Below the pieces are notes generated by a model. That model did not search any database and had not been told where the DNA came from. It saw nothing but the letters and a program-made list of their open reading frames with translations. The position numbers were made by a program, and so were the translations under genes. Below, one piece after another: positions 20,507 to 34,463 of a stretch of DNA of 64,000 nt; positions within the stretch are counted from its first letter, which is position 1; every line of letters starts with the position of its first letter. This DNA is from Thermodesulfobacteriota bacterium. GTDB taxonomy: Bacteria > Desulfobacterota_D > UBA1144 > Nemesobacterales > Mycalebacteriaceae. The stretch covers positions 886,570-950,569 of the forward strand of contig OZ242184.1 of assembly GCA_965205855.1 (NCBI GenBank), given 5' to 3'.

Positions 20507-22209
20507 AACCCGCCGAAAAACCCGGTGAGGTGAAAAAAAAAGATTTCATAAGAGAGATTGTTTCAAGCGACTTGGTCTCCGGGAAAAACGGCGGACTGGT
20601 TGTAACACGCTTTCCTCCGGAGCCCAACGGGCATTTGCATATAGGGCACGCCAAATCAATATGTCTTAACTTCTCCATCGCCACGGAAAACTCGGGAAAA
20701 TGCAATCTGCGCTTTGACGATACAAATCCCGGCAAAGAGAAGGGGAAATTTGTCGAGTCAATCAAATCCGATATAAAATGGCTCGGTTTTGACTGGGAAG
20801 ACCGCATTTTCTTTGCCTCGGATTATTTTGACAAACTGTTTGAATGCGCCGTTCATCTGACAGAAAACTCGCTTGCCTATGTGGATGACCTCAGCGCGGA
20901 AGACATTCGCCTGCATCGCGGTACTTTGACCAAACCGGGCAAAAACAGCCCCTTCAGGGAAAGAACAGTTTCCGTAAACCTCGCTCTTCTCCACGAAATG
21001 AAAAACGGGAAGTTTTCCGAAGGAGAAAAGGTATTAAGGGCAAAAATAGACATGACTTCTCCAAACATCAATATGCGGGACCCGGTGATATACCGCATAC
21101 TGGAAACCCCTCATCACAAAACCGGCACAATCTGGAAAATTTATCCGACTTACGATTTTGCCCATCCGCTTTCAGATGCAATTGAGAAAGTAACCCACTC
21201 CCTGTGCACTCTTGAGTTTGAAGACCACAGACCGCTCTACGACTGGTTTGTTGAGCGCCTTGGTGACCTGCTGGGGAACCGTCCGCGTCAGATAGAGTTT
21301 TCCCGCCTTGAGATGAGCCATACCGTTATGAGCAAAAGACAGTTGTCCGAACTTGTTGAGACCGGGGTTACGGACGGCTGGGACGACCCCAGAATGCCGA
21401 CAATTTCCGCAATGCGACGGCGCGGATATCCGCCGGAATCCATAAGGCTTTTTTGCGACAAAGTTGGAATCACAAAACAGAAAAGCTTAATAGAGCAGAG
21501 TTTGCTTGAGCACACGGTCAGGGAGTGTCTGAATAAAACCGCGCTGAGACGGATGGCGGTTTTGAATCCGCTTAAGGTTGTCATAACAAACTATCCGGAA
21601 GATAAAGAGGAGTTTCTGTCTGCGACAAACAATCCCGAAGACGATTCTGCGGGAACAAGACAGCTTCCATTTTCCCGGACAATCTATGTGGAAAGGGACG
21701 ACTTTATGGAAAAACCCCCGAAGAAATTCCACCGCCTCGCTCCGGGCACGGAGGTACGGCTCCGATACGGATATTTTGTTACTTGTGTTGATGTCATAAA
21801 AAACGACAAAGGAGAGGTTGCAGAACTGCATTGCGAATACGATCCCCAGACAAAAGGCGGACACGCGCCCGATGGACGCAAAGTACGGGGAACAATTCAC
21901 TGGGTCAGCGCGAAACACTCCGAACTCGCGCAAGTAAGAATTTACGACAGACTTTTCACGCCGGAAAACCCGTCCGCCGAAGGAAAGAATTTAAAAGATA
22001 TTATCAATCCCGCTTCAATTGAAACCCTGAAAGATATTCCCGTTGAGCTGTCATTGAAAAAAGCAAAGCCCGGAGAAGTCTTTCAGTTTGAGAGGAAGGG
22101 CTATTTCGTCGTTGATAAAGATTCGAGAAACGATGAGATTGTTTTCAACAGAACTGCAACGCTCAGAGATTCGTGGGAGAAAAAGGGCAAAAACGCAAAC
22201 AAAGGTTAA
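20485..22209 (+). CDS. glnS: glutamine--tRNA ligase
   Basis: Near-collinear with E. coli GlnRS: TRFPPEPNGHLHIGHAKS (HIGH), VMSKR (KMSKS), C-terminal beta-barrel anticodon-binding region. Confidence 0.92.
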   Translation: MQHKVEIEPAEKPGEVKKKDFIREIVSSDLVSGKNGGLVVTRFPPEPNGHLHIGHAKSICLNFSIATENSGKCNLRFDDTNPGKEKGKFVESIKSDIKWLGFDWEDRIFFASDYFDKLFECAVHLTENSLAYVDDLSAEDIRLHRGTLTKPGKNSPFRERTVSVNLALLHEMKNGKFSEGEKVLRAKIDMTSPNINMRDPVIYRILETPHHKTGTIWKIYPTYDFAHPLSDAIEKVTHSLCTLEFEDHRPLYDWFVERLGDLLGNRPRQIEFSRLEMSHTVMSKRQLSELVETGVTDGWDDPRMPTISAMRRRGYPPESIRLFCDKVGITKQKSLIEQSLLEHTVRECLNKTALRRMAVLNPLKVVITNYPEDKEEFLSATNNPEDDSAGTRQLPFSRTIYVERDDFMEKPPKKFHRLAPGTEVRLRYGYFVTCVDVIKNDKGEVAELHCEYDPQTKGGHAPDGRKVRGTIHWVSAKHSELAQVRIYDRLFTPENPSAEGKNLKDIINPASIETLKDIPVELSLKKAKPGEVFQFERKGYFVVDKDSRNDEIVFNRTATLRDSWEKKGKNANKG

Positions 22210-22223
22210 TCTCCCGAAGAACG

Positions 22224-23171
22224 TTAATTGCTTTCCGTCTCAAACCATTCTTCATGCTTTCCGTTTTCCGCGCGCGTGATTTCAAAAAACACTTTCTGAA
22301 GTTTTTTTGTAACCGGTCCGGGTTTGCCGTTGCCGATTTTTCTTTTGTCCACTTCGCGCACGGGAGTTATTTCCGCCGCCGTGCCGGTCAGAAAAACCTC
22401 ATCGGCGGTGTAAAGCTCGTCTCTGGTAAAACGCTGTTCACGCACCTCAAGCCCCTCGTCCGCAGCGAGTTGAATAACAGAGTCTCTGGTTATTCCCTCA
22501 AGCACGGATGTCAGCGGAGGGGTCTTTATAACATCGCCCCGGACGGCAAATATGTTCTCTCCGCTTCCTTCGGCAACATATCCCTCGGCGTCCAGAAGCA
22601 ACGCCTCATCAAAACCCATTGATATGGCTTCCTGTTTTGCCAGAACCGAGTTCACATAGTTGCCGCAAACTTTCGCCTTTGTCATAAAAGAGTTGACATT
22701 CATCCTTGTGAAAGAGGAAATTTTTGTTCTGATACCGTTATTTATTCCGTCGTCGCCTAGATAGGCACCCCAATTCCACGCGGCAATGGCCGTGGACACG
22801 GGATTGTTCTTGGGATACAAACCCATAGAGCCGTAACCGAGAAATGATATCGGGCGTATATAGGCTTCCTGCAGACCGTTTTTCTTGAGAAGTTCAAAAA
22901 TTGCGCCGCGAATTTCGTCTTTTGTATGAGGAATTTTCATACCCACTATGTGAGCGGACATAAAAAATCTGTCTATGTGCTTGCCGAGCTTCAACACGGC
23001 GGGTTTGTCCGGCTTCTTGGGGTTTCTGTACGCCCTTATGCCCTCAAAAACCCCCATTCCGTAGTGCAAAGTGTGGGTCAATATGTGAACATTCGCGCTT
23101 TCCCATGGAACGAGCGAACCGTTGAGCCATATAAGCTCAGGCATATCAATGGTATTTGAAGGTTCTGGCAT
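22224..23171 (-). CDS. ilvE: branched-chain amino acid aminotransferase
   Basis: PLP fold-type [18 protein letters not shown]-terminus and VFEGIRAY motif. Confidence 0.9.
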   Translation of the reverse strand: MPEPSNTIDMPELIWLNGSLVPWESANVHILTHTLHYGMGVFEGIRAYRNPKKPDKPAVLKLGKHIDRFFMSAHIVGMKIPHTKDEIRGAIFELLKKNGLQEAYIRPISFLGYGSMGLYPKNNPVSTAIAAWNWGAYLGDDGINNGIRTKISSFTRMNVNSFMTKAKVCGNYVNSVLAKQEAISMGFDEALLLDAEGYVAEGSGENIFAVRGDVIKTPPLTSVLEGITRDSVIQLAADEGLEVREQRFTRDELYTADEVFLTGTAAEITPVREVDKRKIGNGKPGPVTKKLQKVFFEITRAENGKHEEWFETESN

Positions 23172-23267
23172 TGGGAAGTTCCGCTTGCTTACAAACGGGC
23201 TATTCTAACGACCACCGTCGAAAGTGCAATATGCCTTTTTCTCTTCGTGTGGTAGATTTCGATTTTT

Positions 23268-24515
23268 ATGGCTCAGAAAAACGGCGAAAAAAGAGTTCTT
23301 TTTATCAATCATTCGGTTCGTGACGGGGGTCCGGGAAGGAGTCTTTTCTACATACTGAAACATATTGACCGGAAAGTTATCCGTCCGGTTGTGCTTATAC
23401 CCCGTGACGACATATTCAGCGAAAGGCTGAAGGAAACGGGAATATACCGTGATGTGATTGTTGATTCCCGTTTTCCGGACGGGCTTTTCCGCCCTTACCT
23501 GCAGAAATTTCTCTCTAACTTCAGGTTTTCCTCTCCAGTGTTCACAACGTTTCTGAAGTTCATATACGCCACGGTCAACATATTGCGGATAGCAGCTCTT
23601 GTTTTCACTTTCGGAAATGTAATACGGGAGAGGCGCGTAGATTTGATACACTGCAACGGGACAATAGCAAAAATCACGGGCGCGTTTATGGGCACTATTT
23701 ACAAACGACCGGTTGTTTGGCATGTAAGAAACATACAGCAAACCCGTTTTTTGAAGTTTCTGATAACAAGTCTCGCCTCTTTTTCATCGGTTAAAAAGAT
23801 AATATGCGTTTCACGCGCCACCGCTCTTCAGTTTGGGAACAACCCGAAAGTATGCGTAATACATAACGGCGTGGATATTGAAGATTTTGACTCCAAAGAA
23901 ATGCGCCGGGGTGGGTTGAGAAAGGAGTTTTCAATCAAGCCGGACACAATTGTGATAGGAAACGCGGGCAGAGTGGTTCCGCGAAAAGGATATGAGCACA
24001 TTCTGGAAGTCGCGTCCTCGCTTTTGAAAAGGGAGGGTTTGAAAGAGAAAATCAAATTCGTGATTGTTGGTGATACGCCCGGTTTTTTCGGGGAAAATCA
24101 TCTTTCCAAACTCAAGGACGCAATCGTAAAAATGGGAATGTCGGACAGCTTTGTCTTTACGGGATTTAGAAAAAATGTCGCTACGTGCCTCGCGGACTTT
24201 GACATATTCATTATGCCTTCCAACTACCCCGATCCGTTTCCCCGATCCGTCATAGAGGCGATGTCTTGCGGTATACCGGTTGTGGGTTTCAAGGTGGGAG
24301 GAATAGAAGAATCGGTTGAGAACGGAGTAACGGGGATTTTAAGCCCTCCTGGAGACATAAGCCATATGACCGCGAGCGTAAGCAATCTTATGGAAAATGA
24401 GAACTTAAGAAAATCCATGGGAATAGCAGCCAAACAGCGCGCGGAAAATTTTTACTCGGCGCGGAGCAAAACGATGGAAATTCAGTCCGTTCTTGTTGAA
24501 GCGTCCGAAAAGTAG
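23268..24515 (+). CDS. glycosyltransferase family 4 (GT-B, group 1)
   Basis: N-terminal GT4 acceptor domain. C-terminal glycos_transf_1 motifs (PSNYPDPFPRSVIEAMSCGIPVV, E-x7-E region). Confidence 0.85.
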   Translation: MAQKNGEKRVLFINHSVRDGGPGRSLFYILKHIDRKVIRPVVLIPRDDIFSERLKETGIYRDVIVDSRFPDGLFRPYLQKFLSNFRFSSPVFTTFLKFIYATVNILRIAALVFTFGNVIRERRVDLIHCNGTIAKITGAFMGTIYKRPVVWHVRNIQQTRFLKFLITSLASFSSVKKIICVSRATALQFGNNPKVCVIHNGVDIEDFDSKEMRRGGLRKEFSIKPDTIVIGNAGRVVPRKGYEHILEVASSLLKREGLKEKIKFVIVGDTPGFFGENHLSKLKDAIVKMGMSDSFVFTGFRKNVATCLADFDIFIMPSNYPDPFPRSVIEAMSCGIPVVGFKVGGIEESVENGVTGILSPPGDISHMTASVSNLMENENLRKSMGIAAKQRAENFYSARSKTMEIQSVLVEASEK

Positions 24516-24520
24516 AGGTT

Positions 24521-25882
24521 TCAGACAGTCTTTCTTGCTTCCCTTTTACGGAAGAACAGCCTTATCGGAGTGCCCTCAAAACCGAACTCCTCTCTGAGCC
24601 GCCGCTCAATATATTTTGAATAATGAGAGGGAACCCCAGCTCCCGTGGAGTTTGTAAACACAACAAAACTCGGCGGCTGTGAGCGAACCTGACTCATGTA
24701 GTATGCCTTGAACTCCCGACCCCGAAAAACCGACGGGCCGCTGCGCACGGCTTTTTTCAGAAAGTCGTTCAGTTTTCTCGTGGAAATTTTTTTCCGGTGC
24801 CACAAGTGCGCCTGACAAACCTCCTCAAACAATTTGTGAACGTTCTTCCCTTTCAAAGCGGATGCTTTCATCACCGACGAAAAAGAAAGAACGCCTCCAA
24901 GCCGCTCAACTGTTTTTTCGCGGATATCCTTCACTTCCCTTACGTTTTCGGGCGCGAGGTCCCATTTATTCAAAACAACCACCGCCGGTTTTCCCCTGTC
25001 CTCTACGAGAGATGCAAGACGTATGTCCTGCCGTGAGGGGCCTTTACCAGCGTCTATCATTAGCACCGCAACATCACACGCTGCTATGCTTCTTATCGCT
25101 TTCAAGGTTCCAAGACGCTCAACCGAATCTCCTATTCTCGCCCTTTTACGCACGCCCGCGGTGTCCGTCATCACATATTTTCGCCCTCCGTATTCAAGCG
25201 GGACATCAACGGCATCGCGTGTGGTTCCGGGTTCGGAACTTGTTATCATCCTATCGCTTTTCAGTATTGTGTTGACGAGTGTGGATTTTCCCACATTGGG
25301 TTTGCCGAGAACCGCGACCCGTATCGGCGGCTCGCTATCGTCTTTGGTCTGCGCACGTTTCAGGGGCGATAGCGCCGAGGTTATGCTGTCAAGAAGCTCG
25401 TAGGTGTTACGTCCGTGAAGAGCGGAAATCCCGGCGGTTTCCAACTCCCCCATAAAATGAAAATTATTAACAAGTTTCTCGTGCTTTGTATGGTCTATCT
25501 TGTTCACAAAGCAAAAAACCTTTTTTCTGCTTTTTCTTAGCATCCTCATAATCTCCACGTCCTGAGGAACTGGGCTCTCCATTCCGTTGAGAAGCATCAC
25601 AATCAAATCTGCCTCCGCAATGGCGATTTTCACCTGCTCTTTTGCCCCCGACTCCGAGGTATCCCCACCCAGAGACTCAAGCCCAGCCGTGTCAACAACA
25701 GAAAAATCCAACCCGTTCCATCTTACGTCCGCATATATTCTGTCCCTTGTTACACCCGGCACACTCTCCACGATTGCCTTGTCTGTTCCCGTAATCCTGT
25801 TGAACAAAGTTGATTTACCCACATTGGGCCTTCCAACAATTGCAACAAGGGGAACCGGTTGTCTGGCGGATTGAGAAAACAT
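24521..25882 (-). CDS. der: ribosome biogenesis GTPase Der (EngA)
   Basis: Two tandem GTPase domains (GRPNVGKSTL and GKPNVGKSTL P-loops) and a C-terminal KH-like domain. Confidence 0.9.
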   Translation of the reverse strand: MFSQSARQPVPLVAIVGRPNVGKSTLFNRITGTDKAIVESVPGVTRDRIYADVRWNGLDFSVVDTAGLESLGGDTSESGAKEQVKIAIAEADLIVMLLNGMESPVPQDVEIMRMLRKSRKKVFCFVNKIDHTKHEKLVNNFHFMGELETAGISALHGRNTYELLDSITSALSPLKRAQTKDDSEPPIRVAVLGKPNVGKSTLVNTILKSDRMITSSEPGTTRDAVDVPLEYGGRKYVMTDTAGVRKRARIGDSVERLGTLKAIRSIAACDVAVLMIDAGKGPSRQDIRLASLVEDRGKPAVVVLNKWDLAPENVREVKDIREKTVERLGGVLSFSSVMKASALKGKNVHKLFEEVCQAHLWHRKKISTRKLNDFLKKAVRSGPSVFRGREFKAYYMSQVRSQPPSFVVFTNSTGAGVPSHYSKYIERRLREEFGFEGTPIRLFFRKREARKTV

Positions 25883-25904
25883 AACGCTGGCACATTATAT
25901 ATTA

Positions 25905-26372
25905 TTGTCCGTTATGCAAAGGAAAAGAGTTTTAAAAACAGGAGCCGAAGCAGGCGCGCCAGTATTAGTTGTCAACAGAAGCCTCAAGGCGGAGCCCCGG
26001 CACCTCCGCCTCATCAAAAAGTGCGCGCGCAAAGCACTTGAGATTCTTTCCCTCAAAGGCGAATTGAGCATAGCAGTTGTTGACGACCCGGAGATGCGGG
26101 AGATTAACCGGACTTACAAAAAAGCGTCAAAAACAACCGACGTACTCTCTTTTGAGCAAGGTGAAAACGGTTTGATAGGCGACGTTATAATATCTTTTGA
26201 AACCGCCCGCCGCCGTGCCGGTCTTTACGGCATCACGATTGAAGAGGAAATAAAGCGCCTCGTTGTCCACGGGACCGCCCACCTTGCCGGACACACTCAT
26301 AAGAGGAGAAAGGACGGCGCAGAAATGCGCGCCGAAGAATCAAAAATTCTCTCCGCCGTCTCAAAACTATGA
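25905..26372 (+). CDS. ybeY: rRNA maturation RNase YbeY
   Basis: HGTAHLAGHTH metal-binding motif (the YbeY HxxxHxxGxxH). 155 aa. Confidence 0.85.
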   Translation: MSVMQRKRVLKTGAEAGAPVLVVNRSLKAEPRHLRLIKKCARKALEILSLKGELSIAVVDDPEMREINRTYKKASKTTDVLSFEQGENGLIGDVIISFETARRRAGLYGITIEEEIKRLVVHGTAHLAGHTHKRRKDGAEMRAEESKILSAVSKL

Positions 26373-26960
26373 AACGTCCGGCACGGGCTCCGGTTTTTGG
26401 GGTTTGGCCTCCGACTGTTGCGCTCCGAGGTCTCTCTCTATTTCTTCAATCTCTTTGAGCGTGGGAAGGTCGGAAAGTCTTTCTATGCCGAAAGTCTCAA
26501 AAAACTCCCCGGTTGTTTTATAGAGAAACGGCCTGCCGGGAACGTCCTTTCTTCCGCATATTTCAAGCAGTCGCCTTTCCATAAGAAGGTTGACGACTGC
26601 GGATGAATCCACACCGCGTATTTCCTCCACATCGGCTTTTGTCAGAGGCTGCTGATACGCCGATATGGCAAGTACTTCAAGCGCTGCCTTGCTGAGGCGT
26701 AGTTTCTTTATTTTTTTGTTGAATTTGATTATCTCGCCCGCGTGCTCTTTTTTTGTGCGGAACTGATAACCGCCCGCGACTTTTACAAGCTCAAAACCCC
26801 TGTCCAACTCGTTCCACTCATTGGCAAGCTCCCTGAAAATTGCGCCGATGTCTTCACCGGCGAGTTCGGGCAGATTGTTTTTTACCTCCCCCGGGCTCAC
26901 GGGTGACTGTGATGTAAAAACAACCGCCTCAACCGTTTTCTTTATCAGTTTTTTCTCCAT
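26367..26960 (-). CDS. scpB: segregation and condensation protein B
   Basis: Tandem winged-helix ScpB domains. Start set at MEKKLIKK, because the ORF-track extension of 47 codons overlaps scpA. Confidence 0.85.
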   Translation of the reverse strand: MEKKLIKKTVEAVVFTSQSPVSPGEVKNNLPELAGEDIGAIFRELANEWNELDRGFELVKVAGGYQFRTKKEHAGEIIKFNKKIKKLRLSKAALEVLAISAYQQPLTKADVEEIRGVDSSAVVNLLMERRLLEICGRKDVPGRPFLYKTTGEFFETFGIERLSDLPTLKEIEEIERDLGAQQSEAKPQKPEPVPDVS

Positions 26961-27738
26961 CCTTTTTTTCCTCCGAATATAAAAGTCGTATTGAAGAGAA
27001 AGGTTTTTTTTGAAACAACTCCACAATTTCTTTTTTCGCAAGTTCAAGAATCGCCATAAAAGAAATAACAATATGTCTCTTTGATGGCGCGCCGTCCTCA
27101 AAAAGCATATTGAAATCTTCTATAACTTTCTTCTCTTTTATCTTTTCATGTATCTCGGCAATTCGCCGCTCCACCGACACGGGGTCTATGACAAAGGTTA
27201 TGTCTTCGGTGTCATTTTCGTTGATTCTCGCTCTCATCTCACACAGGGAAGCGATAAGTTTCCACACACCGGACGTTGCCGTTTCGGTTTCAATTTCCGG
27301 ATCGCCGAATTCCTCCGCATATCCGTATCCTTTTACAAACACATCCCTGCCCAGTAAATTCATATCAGCCATTTTCATCGCGACATCACGAAACCTCTCA
27401 TATACAACCAGCCGCCTCGCAAGTTCCATGCGAGGGTCGAGCTGCGAAACTTCATCCTCTTCTTCGGTACGGGGTAAAAGCATTTTGGATTTTATAAAAC
27501 CCAGCTCCGCAAGGAGGGGAAGATAAGCCCCAATGGCGTCAAGGTCGCACTCTTCAATCATTGTCAAATGGCGGTTGTACTGGTCGGAAATTTCCGAAAT
27601 TGGAATGTCATAAATATTTATTTCGCTTTTTTTAACGAGAGAAAGCAGAAGGTCCAACGGGCCTTCAAATTCTTCAATATCAACCGTATAAAAGTCTGTA
27701 TGCGTATCGTCGGTCAATTTTTGCTGTTTTTCCGTCAT
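26929..27738 (-). CDS. scpA: segregation and condensation protein A
   Basis: ScpA/kleisin family. FEGPLDLLLSLVKK N-terminal motif. Confidence 0.85.
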   Translation of the reverse strand: MTEKQQKLTDDTHTDFYTVDIEEFEGPLDLLLSLVKKSEINIYDIPISEISDQYNRHLTMIEECDLDAIGAYLPLLAELGFIKSKMLLPRTEEEDEVSQLDPRMELARRLVVYERFRDVAMKMADMNLLGRDVFVKGYGYAEEFGDPEIETETATSGVWKLIASLCEMRARINENDTEDITFVIDPVSVERRIAEIHEKIKEKKVIEDFNMLFEDGAPSKRHIVISFMAILELAKKEIVELFQKKPFSSIRLLYSEEKKDGEKTDKENG

Positions 27739-27750
27739 TGCAACACGGAT

Positions 27751-28395
27751 TTAAAGAATGCCCTGCACTCCCGATAACAAAACGGTCATCTCCTTTACAG
27801 GCGTCCATAAAACTTTCATAAACCCTTCCCTTGCAAATATAAAAATTCCAAACAGCAGAAGCATCCCGATTTTTTCAAAACGTATGTAAAAATCCGCCAA
27901 CCTTCCCGGAAGAATCCCGTAAAGAATCCTTGAGCCGTCAAGCGGAGGAATCGGAATAAGATTGAACAGCGCAAGGGCGATGCTGTAGAAAACGGTTAGA
28001 ATCAGTACATTCCTCATAAATATCTCCGCACCGGGAGAAAGCAAATTCCCCGTTCCAAAGTCCGCAAGAGCCCTGATTACCCATCCGGCGACAAATGCGG
28101 TCAGAAGGTTTGACAGAGGCCCGGCCGCCGCTATGTATATCATTTCTGTTTTCGGGTTTTTCAGTTTGGAGAGATCCACAGGCACCGGCTTCGCCCATCC
28201 GAACCCCACTATGAACATGAGCACGGTTCCGAGAATATCAAGGTGTGCTATCGGGTTGAGGGTCAGTCTCCCGAGCCTTCTTGCCGTATCGTCTCCAAGC
28301 GCGTCTGCCACAAAGGCGTGGCTGAACTCATGTACGGTCAGCACAAACAGTATGACGACCGACAGAACCACAATTTGCAAAGGGTCGAAAAACAC
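27751..28395 (-). CDS. site-2 protease family (peptidase M50) zinc metalloprotease
   Basis: HEFSHAF HExxH motif in a TM helix. Polytopic membrane protein. Confidence 0.8.
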   Translation of the reverse strand: MFFDPLQIVVLSVVILFVLTVHEFSHAFVADALGDDTARRLGRLTLNPIAHLDILGTVLMFIVGFGWAKPVPVDLSKLKNPKTEMIYIAAAGPLSNLLTAFVAGWVIRALADFGTGNLLSPGAEIFMRNVLILTVFYSIALALFNLIPIPPLDGSRILYGILPGRLADFYIRFEKIGMLLLFGIFIFAREGFMKVLWTPVKEMTVLLSGVQGIL

Positions 28396-28399
28396 CGCG

Positions 28400-30585
<2,186 letters not shown>

Positions 30586-31749
30586 TTATCCCAGACTGTT
30601 TTTCAAACCCTCCGCCCTGTCGGTTCTTTCCCATGTAAATCCTCTCTCCTCGCGGCCGAAATGACCGTACGCAGCGGTCTGTAAATACACGGGTCTGAGA
30701 AGTTCGAGATCTTCTATAATACCCGCGGGTCTAAGGTCAAAATTTTCCCTTATTGCGGACGCTATTCTGCTTTCCGGCTCGGTTGACGTCCCGAAGGTAT
30801 CTACCATTACGGAGACGGGATGTGCTATTCCTATCGCATAGGCGAGTTGAATTTCACACTCCTTCGCGATTCCTGCCGCCACAATGTTTTTTGCTATGTA
30901 ACGCGCCATATACGCGGCGCTGCGGTCAACCTTTGAAGGGTCTTTTCCGGAAAAGGCTCCCCCGCCGTGGCGTGCCCAGCCGCCGTATGTGTCTATGATG
31001 ATTTTTCTTCCCGTAAGACCGACATCCCCCATCGGACCGCCTATGACAAATCTTCCGGTCGGGTTTACAAAAATTTTGGTTTCTTTAGTAATAAGAGACT
31101 CGTCAATCACGGGCTTCACAACCTCTTCTACAATCCCCTCGTATATGGTCTTGCTGTTCGTATCAGCCGAGTGCTGGGAGGAAACCACCACCGTGTCTAT
31201 TGCAACAGGTTTGTTGTTTTCGTATCTGACAGTAACCTGGGATTTTCCGTCTGGCCTGAGAAACGGCAGAACGCCCTTTTTCCTTGCCTCGGAAAGATTC
31301 TTTGACAGCTGATGCGCGCACATAATTGGAAACGGAAGAAGCTCGGGTGTGTCATCATTCGCATATCCAAACATAAGCCCCTGGTCTCCGGCTCCCTGCT
31401 CTTTTCCGGGTCCCGAATCAACCCCCGCTGCTATGTCCTCGGACTGCACATCGGTTGCCACAACAACTGAGCAAGTCCTCGCATCAAAGCCCATTGAACT
31501 GTCCGTATATCCTATGTTTTCCACTGTCTGTCTGACCGTTTCGGGAATGTTAACCCGACTTGAGCTTGTTATCTCGCCCGACACAACGACAAGCCCCGTG
31601 GTTATCAAAGTCTCGCACGCGACCCTGCTGTTGGGGTCTCCGTCGAGCATTCGGTCAAGAACCGCATCCGATATCTGGTCTGCTATCTTATCGGGATGGC
31701 CCTCGGTTACGGACTCTGATGTGAAAATAAAACTCTTGTTGGAGGACAT
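30586..31749 (-). CDS. metK: S-adenosylmethionine synthase
   Basis: [21 protein letters not shown] and GGGAFSGKD motifs. Confidence 0.92.
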   Translation of the reverse strand: MSSNKSFIFTSESVTEGHPDKIADQISDAVLDRMLDGDPNSRVACETLITTGLVVVSGEITSSSRVNIPETVRQTVENIGYTDSSMGFDARTCSVVVATDVQSEDIAAGVDSGPGKEQGAGDQGLMFGYANDDTPELLPFPIMCAHQLSKNLSEARKKGVLPFLRPDGKSQVTVRYENNKPVAIDTVVVSSQHSADTNSKTIYEGIVEEVVKPVIDESLITKETKIFVNPTGRFVIGGPMGDVGLTGRKIIIDTYGGWARHGGGAFSGKDPSKVDRSAAYMARYIAKNIVAAGIAKECEIQLAYAIGIAHPVSVMVDTFGTSTEPESRIASAIRENFDLRPAGIIEDLELLRPVYLQTAAYGHFGREERGFTWERTDRAEGLKNSLG

Positions 31750-31845
31750 AATCTGAAAAATGACTCAACGAACTGAAAACTCAACATATTGCCTATATAC
31801 CTTTGTGTCAAGTTTTCCGGAAACGCAAAAGAGCGCGCGGCGGTT

Positions 31846-32514
31846 TCAGGCGAGAATCTTTGAGACCATGACGTTTTTCTCCCCTTCCGTTCTCTCCTGG
31901 GACGGAGGAATTCGGCTTCCCTTGTGAACCGCCGGGCGCGCGGCCACGCACTCAAACCACTTTTTCAGATTCGGCAGACGGGAGATATCAACGCCCGCCC
32001 TGTCGCAACTGTCCGCCCAGGGCCAAAGCGCCATATCCGCTATTGTGTAGTCCTGTCCGGCGACAAATGGAACAAGAGAAAGTCTTTTTTCCAGAACTTC
32101 ATACAACCTGTTTGTCTCTCTTGTGTATCTGTCCCGCGCGTAGTAGGTTTCCTCCTCGGTAACATAGTGGCGGAAAACATGCGCCTGCCCGTGCATGGGA
32201 CCAACTCCCGACATTTGAAACATAAGCCACTGCATCACAACCGACCTGCCCTCCAAGTCGCCCGGCAGGAATTTACCGGTTTTCTCGGCAAGATAGACAA
32301 GAATCGCACCGGATTCAAAAACGGCGAACCCTCCCATGTCTTCATCAACAATCACGGGTATCCGCCCGTTGGGATTCATTGCGAGAAACTCCGGTTTTTT
32401 CTGCTCCATCTCATCCAGTTTGACAGTGTGAACCTTGTATGGAACCCCTGTTTCCTCAAGCATTATGGAGATTTTTCTTCCGTTTGGAGTCGCCGCTGTG
32501 TAAAGATGAATCAT
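31846..32514 (-). CDS. glutathione S-transferase
   Basis: N-terminal thioredoxin-like GST domain ([20 protein letters not shown]) followed by the C-terminal helical domain. Confidence 0.85.
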   Translation of the reverse strand: MIHLYTAATPNGRKISIMLEETGVPYKVHTVKLDEMEQKKPEFLAMNPNGRIPVIVDEDMGGFAVFESGAILVYLAEKTGKFLPGDLEGRSVVMQWLMFQMSGVGPMHGQAHVFRHYVTEEETYYARDRYTRETNRLYEVLEKRLSLVPFVAGQDYTIADMALWPWADSCDRAGVDISRLPNLKKWFECVAARPAVHKGSRIPPSQERTEGEKNVMVSKILA

Positions 32515-32525
32515 TGGTAAAACTG

Positions 32526-33329
32526 TCAGCGAACAACTTCTATAACTCTGCTTTCACTGCCGAATCTGCCGGGAACAACATCGCCCGAACTGTCCAGGAG
32601 CTCAATCCGAAAAGTGTATACGCCGCTTTTCAGTCCTTCGACAAAAGCCGGACTCCACTTGGCAAACACCTCGGATGCCACAATGGAATCTCGGGACGCG
32701 CCCTCTCCTTCATGGACGGTCAGCCTCACCCTGTATCCATCTTTGCGGAGAACCGCATTGTGAATGTAGAAATCAACCATTATTCTCTCCGCGTCTTTAC
32801 CTTTATAAGAGCCCTTGGGACGACTGTATATAAGCGCGGGACCGGTTGAAAGGTTTTCAAGCGGATAGGGTTTCCCGAAAGATGAGAAAACACTGAAGTT
32901 TACAATATCGGACGCGCCTTCTGTTTTAACGCTTTCGTGATAAGAGCGCGACGGGAAAACGACAAGAGTATGGGTCCCCGGGCTCAAACCGTCCAGGCGA
33001 ACCGGCTTTGAAACATCGTAGATGGCTTTGTATGGCTTGTTGTCAACAATCAAATGTATATGCTGCCCCCGGTCCGAGTTTGCCACAAGAGTTTTTCTTC
33101 CGGTTCGGGTCTGAACTCCGAGTTTATAGCCGGCAACTTCCAGTTTGATTTTTGGCGACCGCGAGAAAACGGACTTACCGTGCTTCGGATAAACAACCCT
33201 GACCCGCGGGCTGCGGAACTCGGGCGACCTTGTAACCTTGGTAATGCGAACCTGCTCCGCTCCGCGAACATCTGTCGAAAAAACTGCTATAAAAAGCCCC
33301 GATACGGCAAAAAAAAGTAAAAACCTCAT
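32526..33329 (-). CDS. hypothetical secreted protein (signal peptide)
   Basis: N-terminal hydrophobic signal peptide [18 protein letters not shown]. No recognisable catalytic motif. Confidence 0.5.
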   Translation of the reverse strand: MRFLLFFAVSGLFIAVFSTDVRGAEQVRITKVTRSPEFRSPRVRVVYPKHGKSVFSRSPKIKLEVAGYKLGVQTRTGRKTLVANSDRGQHIHLIVDNKPYKAIYDVSKPVRLDGLSPGTHTLVVFPSRSYHESVKTEGASDIVNFSVFSSFGKPYPLENLSTGPALIYSRPKGSYKGKDAERIMVDFYIHNAVLRKDGYRVRLTVHEGEGASRDSIVASEVFAKWSPAFVEGLKSGVYTFRIELLDSSGDVVPGRFGSESRVIEVVR

Positions 33330-33405
33330 ATTTTAGTTTAACACTACAACGCCGTCCGGCGGAAAGAAATTTGAAAAACGCCACCGCCCGTGTAAGTTCC
33401 ACGCC

Positions 33406-34446
33406 ATGGGCGGAGACCGGAAAAAAAGTGGGGGAAACTTCGGCGTTCCGGACTCCGACACCACATTGCTTGACATACCGGCGCGTCCGCGCAGGAACAG
33501 AAAGACAGAGGCGATACGTTCCCTTGTGAAGGAAACAACTCTGTCTGTGCGGGAACTCATCTATCCTGTCTTTATTCACGCCGGCAAAGCGGATGAAGAA
33601 ATAGCCTCAATGCCCGGCAGAAAAAGGTTCACGCCGGACGGTCTTCTAAGGGAAACGGAAAACTGCCTCAAGGCGGGAATCACCTCATTTATGCTGTTTC
33701 CCGTGATTGACGAAAAACTCAAATCCCCGAACGCGAAAGAGGCGGAAAACCCTCACGGGCTTGTTCCCCGAACCGTGCGCAAATTGAAAAAGGAGTTTCC
33801 CGAAACAGTTGTCATAACGGATGTGGCTCTTGACCCGTATTCAAGCGACGGGCATGACGGGATTGTCTCTGCATCGGGTGAAATACTGAACGACGCGACG
33901 GTTGAAATCCTCTGCCGGCAGGCTCTCTGTCACGCGGATTGCGGAGCAGATATCGTAGCCCCGAGTGATATGATGGACGGACGGGTCGGCGCGATAAGGG
34001 AAACGCTTGATGAAAGCGGCTGTACGGACACTTCAATACTTTCCTACACGGCAAAATACGCTTCGTGTTTCTACGGGCCATTTCGCGGCGCGCTTGTCTC
34101 GGTGCCGAAGTCGGGAAACAAACAAACCTATCAGATGGACCCGGCAAACTTGAGAGAAGCCCTCAGGGAGTTGAGCCTTGATGAAGCGGAAGGGGCGGAC
34201 ATAGTAATGGTAAAACCCGCAAGCCATTACCTTGATGTCGTAAGCGCGTTCAAGGAATCAACCGACCTGCCCATTGCCGCGTATCAGGTAAGCGGCGAAT
34301 ATATCATGATAAAAGCGGCCGCCGAAAAAGGGTACCTGAATGAACATAACGCGATTATGGAAAGTCTGACTTCAATCAAAAGAGCGGGAGCGGATATGGT
34401 AGCGACATACTTCGCCCCCGAAGCGGCAAAGATAATCCGGCCTTAA
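33406..34446 (+). CDS. hemB: delta-aminolevulinic acid dehydratase (porphobilinogen synthase)
   Basis: RPRRNR N-terminal motif. Active-site lysine regions (MVKPA). TIM barrel, 346 aa. Confidence 0.9.
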   Translation: MGGDRKKSGGNFGVPDSDTTLLDIPARPRRNRKTEAIRSLVKETTLSVRELIYPVFIHAGKADEEIASMPGRKRFTPDGLLRETENCLKAGITSFMLFPVIDEKLKSPNAKEAENPHGLVPRTVRKLKKEFPETVVITDVALDPYSSDGHDGIVSASGEILNDATVEILCRQALCHADCGADIVAPSDMMDGRVGAIRETLDESGCTDTSILSYTAKYASCFYGPFRGALVSVPKSGNKQTYQMDPANLREALRELSLDEAEGADIVMVKPASHYLDVVSAFKESTDLPIAAYQVSGEYIMIKAAAEKGYLNEHNAIMESLTSIKRAGADMVATYFAPEAAKIIRP

Positions 34447-34463
34447 ACTCCCGTTTCGGTGTC